A stretch of DNA of 64,000 nt from Rebecca billardiae RCC1528. Lineage: Eukaryota > Protista > Haptophyta. Within the stretch, counting starts at the first letter, position 1, and the number at the start of each line of letters is the position of its first letter. Made by a program: the position numbers and the translations under genes. Where the stretch lies: the NCBI GenBank assembly GCA_965240325.2, contig OZ251255.1:372001-436000 (forward strand), given 5' to 3'. The notes beneath the pieces were generated by a model. It made no database searches and was not told the DNA's origin. It worked only from the letters and a program-made list of their open reading frames with translations. This document shows positions 23,287 through 34,621 of this stretch, in pieces.

Positions 23287-23538
23287 ATATATTAACGGCG
23301 TGGCAGCATCGGACAAGCGTCAGCAGGCGCTCAGAGTGCAATAACAGACACATAGAATGCGTCCGCGCCTTCCGTCCAGGTCAGACAGTGCGCCACCCGC
23401 AGCCCTGCGGCCCCTACGCCTACGGGAGCGGGGCCGGGATGGAGCACCGCCTCGGCCTGGGGCACGCGGCGGCGACGGCAGATGCCGCCGCGGCCGAGCG
23501 CCTTCCGGAGCACTTGTATGAGGGTGAGGTCGTAGTCG
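23287..23538 (-). mobile_element. 3' fragment of a non-LTR retrotransposon (RT thumb region), interrupted by later insertions; continues at 27200-27269
   Basis: Minus strand reads DYDLTLIQVLRKALG...VPQAEAVLHPGPAPVG..AGLRVAHCL..*, matching the post-RT D..lrk.lg..lh.P...GGxGL motif; diverged second copy at 46159-46331. Confidence 0.6.
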
Positions 23539-23642
23539 ATAAGCCTATTTCCGCGTAAGCGTTTCTCTCTCTAAGAGCCGCGCGTCCACGACAGTCTGAA
23601 TACGAAAAGTCGCGTGCCAAGCCGGGCTCGGCGGGGTGCACC

Positions 23643-24199
23643 CATGGCACTGGTGCCAACTGCGGGTTCCTTGCGGTACTGGGCGTCACCCGCGCAGGGG
23701 CCCGCGAAGACCCAGCAGGGGCAACCAGGAGCGCCCAGGCACTGAGGCAAGCCACCGAGTACAGCACGCCCTGTCCCTGAGTGCGCAGCACCAGGGGGTC
23801 CTGGCGGCCGCAGTGGCCCCCCAGCCGGCCCACCTCGAGCCCAATGGGAGCGCACAGAGGGCAGCAGCAGCGGCTGCCACCCTGGGCACGGTTCGAGAGG
23901 CTGGCACCCCGTTGGCAGATGCACTCCTCCCCTGTGTGGCAGCAGGGGCGAACACCACAGTCGTCCTGGTCACCAGAGACCCTCACACCGGCGCCCCTCT
24001 TCGTATGGTCCAGGTCTTCCACAGCCCAGGCTCCCCCCAGTACAACCGGCACGACCCGCTGCACATTGAGGTGCTACCCTGGCCCCAAGTGGCCACCAGG
24101 CTGGCAGCGGGCGCACTCGGACAGACCAGGGTCATCTCTCACTGGAGAGGCCATTACAGGACCACAGTCCCAAGGGCACTGCCAGGTCAGGCCCACTGA
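23643..24199 (+). pseudogene. Frameshifted OTU-like cysteine protease fragment inside a 1.5-kb insert (23644-25160)
   Basis: HGTGANCGFLAVL...SAQALRQAT, frameshift near 23757, VQHAL...LLPCVAAGANTTVVLV...VISHWRGHYRTT: Cys-loop, LR helix and His-loop in OTU order. Confidence 0.6.
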
Positions 24200-24384
24200 G
24201 GCCACTGGCCCGCAGGCAGAACTCAGGCTGGCCAGAGGCCCCTGCTGGGGTGAGGGTGGGGGAACTGCCCAAGCGCCGGGGGGGGGGGGGGGGGGGGGGG
24301 AGGAGGAGGACCGGAGCTCAACCAGAACCACCAGGCCCAGCAGAGACACGACCATCCCCCACAAGTACCGGAACCAGTCCCCGA

Positions 24385-24822
24385 CGGCGAGTCCAACTAC
24401 TACTAACTTCGGCGAGTCCAACTACTACAAACTTCGGCGAGTCCAACTACTACTAACTTCGGCAAGTCCAACTACTACTAACTTCGGCGAGTCCAACTAC
24501 TACTAACTTCGGCGAGTCCAACTACTACTAACCTCGGCGAGTCCAACTACTACTAGTAACCTCGGCGAGTCCAACTACTACTAACTTCGGCGAGTCCAAC
24601 CACTACTAACTTCGGCGAGTCCAACTATATATACTACTAACTTCGGCGAGTCCAACTACTACTAACTTCGGCGAGTCCAACTACTACTAACTTCGGCGAG
24701 TCCAACTACTACTAACTCAGGCGAGTCCAACTACTACTAACTTCGGCGAGTCCAACTACTACCAACTTCGGCGAGTCCAACTACTACTAACTCAGGCGAG
24801 TCCAACTACTACTAACTTCGGC
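24385..24822. repeat. 25-bp minisatellite, 17 units
   Basis: Unit CGGCGAGTCCAACTACTACTAACTT, head-to-tail, no spacers, a few variant units. Confidence 0.97.
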
Positions 24823-27269
24823 CACAACATCATCCACCAGCTGCTGACCAAGAACAGGCTACACCATCGTCCACCATGACCTGCCACTGACCAAGTAGGC
24901 GACGACATCATCCGCACCAGCTGCTGACCAAGTAGGGGACGGCCTGGCCGACGCCAACATGCTCACTCGCCTTTGATTTCGTACCCATGCACTTCCTGGT
25001 GGGCCTGACGACGTCCGGACGACGACAACAACGACATCCGCCATGGGGACCAACATCAACGCGCTCACACCACTGCCACTGCTGCAAGCTTCGACCAGTA
25101 CCACTACAGACGAATCAGGAGAGCTGCGCCCTCGTGCCTGTGTCTTTAAATCATAGAATTGGTCCGCAGTGGCTGAGCCCGGTGGCAGCCATGGACAGGT
25201 CGCACGGGTGCCGCGGCGTGAGGTCCTGCGGCCGTGGCGTTGCCTATGGCGGGCGGCGCGGTGCGCGCGCGGCTGCAAATGCGTGGTATACTCCACTCTG
25301 CGCTGCGCGCCTGCCCGCCCTCGTCACCTCCTTCGCGCCTGAGGCTGGCGCGCACACGCGCGCCGTGCCGTTTGAGGACGAGAGCTTGCGCACGCGCACG
25401 ACGAGGTCGGTGCGGAGCGCGAGCAGGCATGCAGTGGGCCGTGTACGTCCTCTACACACGCCGTGCAACCTCCCGCCTTGCGTGTGCGCATAGCCAGCGA
25501 TCTCAGCGCAGGCAGGCAGTTGAGTGCATGCATACCGCAGGCGCGTGCAATCTGGTCGGCTCAGCGTGTAGGCGGCCGCTGTGGGAGACATCAGCATCTC
25601 AAGTGCGCTGGCTCACTGCCAGTAAGCGCGCTTGCACGCTGATGTGAGTCCGCACACGCATCCAAACTGTGTGAACACTGGGCCCAGTGCACACTACGGT
25701 ACAGGCAGGCACGCAAGTCACTAGCTGCGCCAACATGGGCTGGGCTGGCGTTACGCGTCATGCCGTCACGAAACGTCATGTCATGACGTCATGGCGTGAC
25801 GCTAGGAATGGCGTCACGTGACGGCCGGACAGTGCTCTGTCCACGTCTGGCACTCCCGGAACCACGTAGTCCGTGCACTCGGGGCTGATAGCGCGGCGCG
25901 CGCCAACCGGCGGGATGCGCCGGCGCCGCGCCGCCGGCTGAGGCAGGGCCAGCCGACCCGGGGTCAGGAGAGAGCGCGGCTACTGGCTGCGGGAGTCGTT
26001 GCGGATGAATACAATAGCACCATTGCTTCCCGTAGCAGTGGCAAGCCGGCCCCCGCCGGATCAGCATGCAGGTAGCATCTGCACGTTAAGCGCTGAGGTG
26101 TGCGCAGCGGCGTGACATGTAACCTACGACGACATGTAACCGACGCGAAACGGTCCCCACTAGAGTGCATATCGGCATAACGTGTAAAGTACACGTAAAA
26201 CGCGTTACGTCGTCATGACGTGACAACAGAGATGCGCGTCATGACGTGTATTGGCCTACTAGCCTTGGCTCCTAAGATGCTGTGTGCTCCGCTAATCTGA
26301 AAGGCGGGTGGGGAGTCCGGCACTGGGACTGGCTGCACGTATTAAACACCTTCCAAGGCATGGTGCTGCATGTACACCAGTAGCGCGGGCGTCCATCACA
26401 ACTCACAAGCCAGTCCAGTCTAGTCGACTTCTAGTACCGTCGGCGGCTCTAGACCGCAGTCATGTTCCGACGACAGCCGCCGCCGGCAGCAGTCGGAGTG
26501 TAGAGTATTGAACATTCGGACCGTCTAACTCGTAGTCGCTATGCAGCAGACTTGCGTTAAAGGTTGCCAAGAGGCCCCATCTCGTGCAGCAGCCGCCCAC
26601 GACCACGACCGACAACCCATATGATTATCCCCAACATTGCCACGCACATGCCCGCCAGAGTAACAGGCTTACCCTTGTTTCCTGCGAGTGGCGGCGGCAG
26701 TCAGCCAACAAGTGATGAATGACTTTCATCTGAGATCGCTGGCTATGCGCACACGCAAGGCGGGAGGTTGTACGGCGTGTGTAGAGGACGTACACGGCCC
26801 ACTGCATGCCTGCTCGCGCTCCGCACCGACCTCGTCGTGCGCGTGCGCAAGCTCTCGTGGCTCAAACGGCACGGCGCGCGTGTGCGCGCCAGCCTCAGGC
26901 GCGAAGGAGGTGACGAGGGCGGGCAGGCGCGCAGCGCAGAGTGGAGTATACCACGCATTTGCAGCCGCGCGCGCACCGCGCCGCCCGCCATAGGCAACGC
27001 CACGGCCGCAGGACCTCACGCCGCGGCACCCGTGCGACCTGTCCATGGCTGCCACCGGGCTCACCGCTCAGCCACTGCGGACCGGGTGCACCCCGCCGAG
27101 CCCGGCTTGGCACGCGACTTATTTTCCTATTCAGATCGACTGTCGTGGACGCGCGGCTCTTAGAGAAAGAAACGCTCGCGGAAATATAGGCTTATGTCGC
27201 CGCCCGCCGACCTAGCGGCGAGCAGCTCCGGCAAGCGGCAGCCGCGGCTGTCGCCCGCCCGCCTGCGCC

Positions 27270-29226
27270 TAGGTGGGTCCCTCCCAACTGGGGCGATATT
27301 CTGGCGCACTCAGAATGACGTCCTAGATTTTGTCTCTCACCCAGAATCGACGCTATAAATGCGTCCCATCGGGGCGGAGCAAAAGTTTCGACCTCAAAAC
27401 CTACTCCGCGTGCCGTCGCGCGGCCGAGCGCGCGCGCGCCGCGCCAGTAGTGTCACATAGAGATTTTGCGAAGCGTTACTTCATGGTTATGGTGGCTAGA
27501 TGGCGACATGCGATCGGAATTACTTATTGACAACCGTTGACACCCGACCGAACCATTTTATGAAGCAAAGAGTGGGGCTCTATGCTGTGCGCTGATACCT
27601 CCAACAAACTACAGCAAGATCGAGCACATTACCCACTTCATATATAACCACTTACCCGTATATAGTATGAGTGTTACCCACTTTATATTGACTGTGGATG
27701 CGGTTCACTATATATTCAAATTCGTTCCGATATGTGGGTACGTTTGTTGGGTCATATCGAATAGGCGCCGAGCGACGCGGACACAGGCAACCCGGGCCGC
27801 AACCGGACTGCCTGCGAGTGGCAGTGTTTGTGGCGGGCTGCGTGCCGAGGCACACACCATCGCCCGCCACCGAGCATGCCACCGTCGTCACACGGGAGCC
27901 CTCCGCCGTCGAGGCTGGACTATCAGCCAACGCCACCGCCGGAGCTTGCCGCGTTCGGCGGCTTCCGTGCTCGTACTCCGCGTGTCACCGGTCGTCGTAT
28001 GCCCACCCGCGTGAGGCCGCCACCAGTCCATGACTACCGCAGCTGCAGCCCATGCCGCCGACGATGCCTCCTACCATCTTCTCGCCAGGCAGCAATACGA
28101 TAGGTTCACCGACGCTGCTGCTAGGCTGAGAGCACTCAGCCAGTTGGCCGGCGAGACGTCAGATGGTTGAGCTGCTGGCCTAGCCATCACGTTGCGGCTT
28201 CCGCTCGCTCAAGTACACCCAACGTGACGACGAGAACGTGCCGGGCAATCATCAGACATGCGTCTGAGGGGTCTACTACGCCTAGCCGTAGAGTTGCTGA
28301 GTACGAGTCTTCGCAGACCACAAGCGGAACGAGTGGGACCACCCGATGGCAGGAGCAACAGCGTGGGGTGGCACCCGCGCCTGTCAACGCGACCGCGTTC
28401 TGTCAAGAATGGACCCATATCCTGCGATCACCCTCGAGCACCGCATACTATGCCCACACTCGGCATAGGGAAGGATCGCTGAGCGCCTGCTGCCGCTGTC
28501 AAAGGCCCTGCTGATCTTCCTGGCGCTAGATCGTGCACACGGATGGCAAGTCGGCGTGCTCGCCGCACATCGCGGCGGCTTCTCAGCATCCCAAGTCCTC
28601 AGTGCACCCATCCTAGGCCTGCTGGTCGATGATTGGTACCAACCCCCACCAAACACGCCCTCTCGGAAGTCGCCAATCGCTTACATGGCTCCCCGAGAGC
28701 CCGGGGCTGGCTGTCGTGCGTTCTCACGAGCAGCTTGCGCACAGCCCAAATGTCACCTTCACGGTGCGTTGAGCTGCTCAAGATGGCGGGAGCGTCAAGA
28801 GCATGCCCGTGCACGACACTGGCCCATGCCTCCCGTCGCCTGACCCGCATGTGGCAAAAACTGACCCTGCTCGAAGGCACGGGTCGAACACCCGCCGATC
28901 GTTTCAAGTTGTCTGTACGCGTCTAGCCGGGCGAGAGTCAAACATGCGGGCACGTGCCAGGCGGGGGATGTGTGACCACGGATCCCATCCGTGAGCACGC
29001 GCAAAGCGCTGGAGCGCGCGATAGGTGTTGGCTGTGGTCTACCCGACACACGGCGGCTCGGTCGCGCTGGAGAGGCGCTCCGACATCGTCGGGAGCGTTC
29101 AGATCGGACCTCGGCCGGCAGCCCGGCGATTTTCCCGAGCCGCGCCCCGCGCGAAAAGAAATCAGGCCAGAAAACCCGGTAAATGTTTTAAAAAAGACCG
29201 CTGGAAAATCGCCAGGGACCCACCTA
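27270..29226. mobile_element. Non-autonomous TIR element with 7-bp TSD (P-superfamily-like); decayed coding-like interior
   Basis: 13-bp perfect TIR TAGGTGGGTCCCT/AGGGACCCACCTA with further imperfect match; TSD CTGCGCC (27263-27269, 29227-29233). Confidence 0.82.
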
Positions 29227-29704
29227 CTGCGCCCGCAAATATTAATATATGTATATATATCGTCGATATATCATCAATATAATATAATAATTAGATGAGT
29301 GACGCGTCATCATCGCGCGCGACAGGCTGACGATGCATTATTCAGTATTGCACTACCAGCTGCACTGCGCCGCAGCAGCAGCTCGCAGCTGGCCGCGCAC
29401 TGATCTGTTCCGAATCAGGGCCCCGTCTCGGAGCTCTCCTGACTCCTGCGTCTTCTGGCACTCCCGGCGCTCATCCGGCTCCGAGCACGCGGCTGGGCCG
29501 AGCGGACACCCCGGTCGGGAGGAGGCGCGTGCCGAGCACTCGCGGAGTCACCATCCGGTGGCGGCGAGTGGGCGCACTGCTCGGTCGGGCGGCCGGCCAT
29601 CGGCCGGGCGAAAGTGAAAGTGCATGCTGACGCAGCTGACGGGGAGACGGACGGCTGGGAGGAGGGAGGACGAGGGATTATTGACGAATTTGACGAAGCG
29701 GGGC

Positions 29705-32204
29705 TCAGGCCTGGAACTCGAGGCGGCGCGACTTGAGCGGCGCCCACTTGAAGCGCTTGTAGTACGTGGTGAAGGCGAAGGCGATGGCCATCGCCGTGAT
29801 CCACTTGAAGCCTGCGCGCGAGGGCGCGAGGGGGGGCGGGCGGGCGGGCGCGCGCGCGCGCGCGCGGGCGTGCGGGTGAGTGAGTTGGGCGCCGGCCGGC
29901 GCGGGGCTGCGCCCGCCAGCCGGCGCGCGCGCGCACGCGCCGGCCGCGCACCCATCAGCTTGCGCTGGTCGTGCTCCGGCTCGCTCGCCCACTGCAGGAA
30001 CGCGCTCACGTCCTTGGCCATCTGGCTGCGCGTGCTCGGCGTGCCGTCCTCGTAGTCCAGGAGGCCGTCCTCCTCCAGCGGGGGCGGCATGCCGATCCAG
30101 CCGCCGGGGAAGTAGGGGTTGTAGTACTGCGTCTCGCGCGGCGGCACGCCGGCCGGCGGGTCCTTGTAGCCGGTGAGCAGTGCGAAGATGTAGTCCGGGC
30201 CGTTGTGCCTGCGGGTCCGGCGGTGCGCGTCCGGGAAAAGTCCGGTGGGAGGGAGGGGGCGGGCTCGGCGCGTGAGGTGCGGCGGCGGCGGGCGGCGCGC
30301 GGGGCGTGCGTGGACTGCTGGCCGCCGCCACGGGAGCAGCCGGCGGCGGACACGGGAGCAGCGGCCATCCCCGCTCCGCCCGCTCGCACACCGAGCAGTT
30401 CAGGCCCCAGCCCGCTCACTTGTTCGCGCCCGCGCCCACGGCCCGCCCGCCTGAGCGCACACGCGCCCCAGCGCGCACGCGCCCGCGCGGCCCTTCCGCA
30501 GCCCGCGCCCGCCCGCGCGCCCGCGCCTACACCCACGCACGCGCCCGCGCCTACGCACGCCCACGCAGCCGCAAGGCCCGCGCCTAGGCCCGCTCGCGCC
30601 GCCCTCCCGCGCCCCCGCCCGCCCGCCCGCCCGCGCCGCACCCGCGCCCCCGCCCGCCCGCGCGCCCGCGCCGCACCCGCGCGCCCGCGCCCGCGCGCCC
30701 GCGCCGCACCTGGCCTTGACGATCAGAGAGAGGTCGGGCGGGTACGCGCCGCCGTTGGCGTAGCGCGCCGCCTCCTCGTTCGGGTAGGGCGAGGGCAGGT
30801 AGTCCGCGAGCTTGCCCGGACTGGGTAGGGTTGGGGGTAGGGTTGGGGGTAGGGTTGGGGTGAGGCGCGTGGCAGGCCGGCTGAGGCGCGTGCGCGCGGT
30901 GCAGCGCGCGGCCCCTGCGCGAGTGCGCGCGCCGCCGGCCCCTCTGCCCCGCGCACAGGCCCCGCGCAGGCGGGCGCCCGTCCGCATGCAGCGGCAAGGC
31001 AACACAGGAAACGGGGCCGGGCACGTGCCCCACGCGACGGCCACGCGGCGCGCTGCAGCAGGGCGGCGCGGCGCGCTGTGGCCCGGCGGCGCGGAGCGCT
31101 GCGCAGCGCGCTGCGGCTCCGGCGCGCGCGTGCGGCGCTCACCGCTCGAACATCTCGCCCTCGTCGTTCGGCCCGTCCACCACGTCCACCTCCTCCGCGA
31201 GTGCCTTGGCCTCGTCCTCCGTGTAGCACACATCCACCAGGTTGCGAAAGGCAATCCTGACCGGCACACAAAATAATCGGAAATCCAAATATTGAAACAA
31301 GGCCGGAAGGGGGAGTCCGGAAGGGCGCGGAGCCCGGGCGGGCGAGGCGACGGCGGGCGCGTGGGACTGGTGAGTGGCGCGGCGGCGGCGGCGGCAGAGA
31401 CGCGCGCCGTGCCAGCGCCGTGCCAGCCGGCGTGCGCTCACGCAGCAGGGCGCGGCCGTCTAGACCCACGCAACTGCCGGCGCGCCGCCCCGCGGCCGCC
31501 GCCGCCCGCCGCCGCCGCCGCCGCGCCGCGCCGCGCGCAGCGCGCGTGCGCGCACCGGTTGAGCGAGTGGCAGGTGGCGCAGACCTGGGTGTACACCATG
31601 TGGCCCCGCCGGATCGCCGCCGCGTCGTAGCTGCGCAAGGGCCGGCGGGCGGTCCGCGCGCGGTGCCGGCGGCGGCAGCAGCCAAGGTCAGTCGGGTGCG
31701 ACGCCGCGCGGCCGAGTGTGGCAGCCGGGTGCACGCGCCGCGCTGCGCTCGGTGGGTGCCAGCCGGCCCGCTCGCGCGCGCGCGCTCCAGCGCGGGCGGC
31801 GGCAGAGCGGGCGTGCCTCGACCGCACCGCGGCGCGGCCGGCGCGCGGCGCGCGGCGGCGCGGCGCGCGCGCTCACGCGCTGAGGAAGCCGTTGAAGGTC
31901 CACGGGTAGGCGGGCGCGTGCAGCACCGAGTCGTCGGCGAGCGCGACCGAGGGCGCGAGCGTCGACGCCGCCGCAACCGCCGCCGCAGACGCGCCCGCGG
32001 CCTGCGCGCACACAGCCGCGGACAAGGGGCGCGTCGTCGTCAGCCGCCGCGGCGCGCCGCGCGCGGCGCGCGCGGGCGGCGCGGCGACGGGCGCGCACGG
32101 CGGCGGAGCGGCGTGGCGAACGTGTGCAACGCGCGCGCGCGCGCGCCCCGCGTGCGCCGCGTGCGCACCTGCGCTGCTCGGGAGGAGAGGACGCGCGCCC
32201 ACAT
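29705..32204 (-). CDS. CYC1: Cytochrome c1, mitochondrial complex III (7 exons)
   Basis: Exons 32204-32169, 32001-31877, 31630-31556, 31256-31143, 30820-30710, 30208-29952, 29811-29705 join in frame; heme motif [51 protein letters not shown]. Confidence 0.97.
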
Positions 32205-33295
32205 GGCGACAGCTACTGCGTCTGCGCTGGTGCACAGCGGTGCAATCGCGAGAGTCGGGCCCTGCCCGAGGGCTGAGATGCGGCCGGACACAGGCGCAAG
32301 GAGGTCCGGGCAATTTAGCGCCGCCGCCATGCTGGAGCGCTGGCACCTTTTTAAGTTTTTTTATCCGCCGCGCGCGATCTTTGCTGCTGCTGATGAGCCG
32401 GAATTCCCGCGCCCGGCTCCTACCGCTCTCCGCCGCCTCCGGTCTCCACCGGCGCCGCGCCCTGCCACACGCCCGGCGCAGCCCGGCCTGGTCGCACCGG
32501 AAGCCGCGCGCAGCCCGCAGTCCGCGTCGCTGCTCACAGCCGATGATCGGTCGTCGCCCGTTATTGGCGTTACAGACGGGCAGAGTCGTGTCCGACAGAG
32601 CGGAGTAACGTCTAACGACTTCCGCCTTCCGGGACACCGTCACTACTCTGTACTCAGTACTCACAGTCACTTGTCGACTGACGCCGTGACGTCTATGTCC
32701 GCGCCGGGCGCGGGAAGCTTGGGTACTAGCGCCGCGGCGGCTCCGGGCGGCGCGGGCAGCTATCCAGTTCATCCGTTCAATGACAGAGAGTGACAGACCC
32801 GGGAGTGTCAGACGGCGTTCACATCCGATATCGTCATCATGGACGCCGATCAGTCATCACATTCACAAGCAGATGTCAGTGTCGCCTGACGTGTCACAGT
32901 GCGACACTGACGACTGTCTGACAGATAGTGACACGGTGACACTCAGCACTCACACTCATCGGTTCAGGCAATCAAGTGGCCAGCCGCGAGGCAGGCCGTC
33001 GGTGCCACGGCCGGGCCGCCCGCCTGGCCGCGCAGACTCGCGGGACTGATGTGAGTGATGATGAGTGACAGCGCGCCCGGCTCCGTATTATCCGACGACG
33101 AAACAGCGCGGGGGCCTGGCCGGCCTTCGGTCCCGGAGGGGCTGGTCGAACACAGCGCGTCTTGGACGCGACGGAGCAGCTCGACACTCACTCGACAGCT
33201 CCGGCCGGCGGCTTCCGTTTCGAGCTGGTCGTTCAGCCGTCAGCGCAGCAGCTCCGCGGTCTGTCTCAGATTCTCTAGTGACACTGTCACTGACT

Positions 33296-33640
33296 GCCCG
33301 GGACTCGTCACGCGCCGTACCGCTGCTGCACGCCCGCGTGCGCGCGCAGCGCGGCGTGGAGCTGCGCGCGGCTGGTCCGCTCGGGCGGCCACGCCATCGC
33401 GCTAAATTCCGTCGTCGCCATGTGCATCGGGTGTAGCCCCTGCAGGGACAGCGCCAGCCCGCCCGGGCCCGGGACTCGTCACGCGCCGTACCGCTGCTGC
33501 ACGCCCGCGTGCGCGCGCAGCGCGGCGTGGAGCTGCGCGCGGCTGGTCCGCTCGGGCGGCCACGCCATCGCGCTAAACTCCGTCGTCGCCATGTGCATCG
33601 GGTGCAGCCCCTGCAGGGACAGTGCCAGCCCGCCCGGGCC
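33296..33640. repeat. 171-bp tandem duplication covering the NUS1 3' coding end and stop
   Basis: 33296-33469 vs 33467-33640; three substitutions; GCCCGGG microhomology at the junction. Confidence 0.95.
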
Positions 33641-33806
33641 GAAAAGTCCGGGCGGGCCCGCGCCCAGCCAGAGTCCGGCGAGTCCGGGCGGGTCCGGGTC
33701 CGGGAAGGCGAGGACGAGCTCCGGCGCGGGCAGCGTGGCGAGCGTGCGGTCCAGCCCGGAGCGCAGCTCAGCCATCGACAGCTGCGCCGCCCCCACCTCC
33801 GACGGC

Positions 33807-33844
<38 letters not shown>

Positions 33845-34621
33845 GCTGTGGCCTGTCAGGCTGCAGGCCGGCGTGGCGCGCGCGCGCTCGGCTGCGCCGA
33901 CACCGCCGCCGGGCTCGACGGCGCGGCATGCGGCGCGGACGGCGCGCACCACGTCCGCCCGGCCCGAGCCCCCACCGAGCACCAGCAGCCGAACGGGCGC
34001 CACCGCGCGAGGGGCCGCCGATTCGTCCGCGCCGCCGTCGTCCGCATCCGCATCCGCCGCCGCGTCGGCGCCGGGCGCCGGCGCGGCGCCGAGCGGTCTC
34101 AACGGCCCACGGCCGCCGCCGTCGCTCCACAAGCGCACGCGCGCGAGCACCCGGTCGTCGGGCCCGGCGGCGGCGCCCCAGCTGCCCGCCGCGCCTTCCA
34201 AAGTCGCGCCGCCTCCCGCCGCCGCCGCCGCCGTTTCGGTGGCCGCCGCCAGCTGGCCGTCCAGTGCCTGGGCGAGAGTGCGCGCGCGCGCGTCGGCGGC
34301 GTCGGCGTCGGCCACGTCCGCGGCGAGGCAGACCGTGAGGCACGAGCCGCCGCACTCGACCGCCCACGCGCAGATCCGCGCGAGCGCGCCGAGCTCGGCC
34401 GCGGCGCCGCCGTTGGCCGAGAGCCACAGGTGCTCCGGGCAGCGCGCGCGCGCACCCGGCGGCCCGGACGCATCGCGGCCGTCGCGCGCGAGGCGCGCGG
34501 AGAGGCGGACGGCGAGGGTGCACGTCGACGCGAGCACGGCGTACAGCGTGTGCAGCAGCCAGAGCGCGGCCGACGCCAGTCGCACATCGAGGAGCCTCGT
34601 GTCGCGCGCCGCGGCCGCCAT
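33479..34621 (-). CDS. NUS1: NUS1/Nogo-B receptor (cis-prenyltransferase complex subunit)
   Basis: N-terminal TM; PEHL..LARICAWAVECG, GRADVVRA, PAPELVLAF, LQGLHPMHMATTEF, C-terminal QRYGA* (RxG motif). Confidence 0.85.

Larger units (their letters stand above)
23539..27195. mobile_element. Long-TIR (foldback-like) non-autonomous DNA element, ~460-bp arms, 4-bp TSD
   Basis: Left arm 23539-23643 + 25161-25506 is the reverse complement of 26730-27195; termini ATAAGCCTA/TAGGCTTAT; TSD GTCG (23535-23538, 27196-27199). Confidence 0.85.

Noticed and set aside
24385-24822. CRISPR-like array
   Set aside because: Units are head-to-tail with no unique spacers, no cas genes, eukaryotic context; it is a minisatellite.
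25735-26270. Possible nested hAT MITE (GTCATGAC/CGTGAC clusters at both ends)
   Set aside because: No convincing TIR pair or 8-bp TSD.
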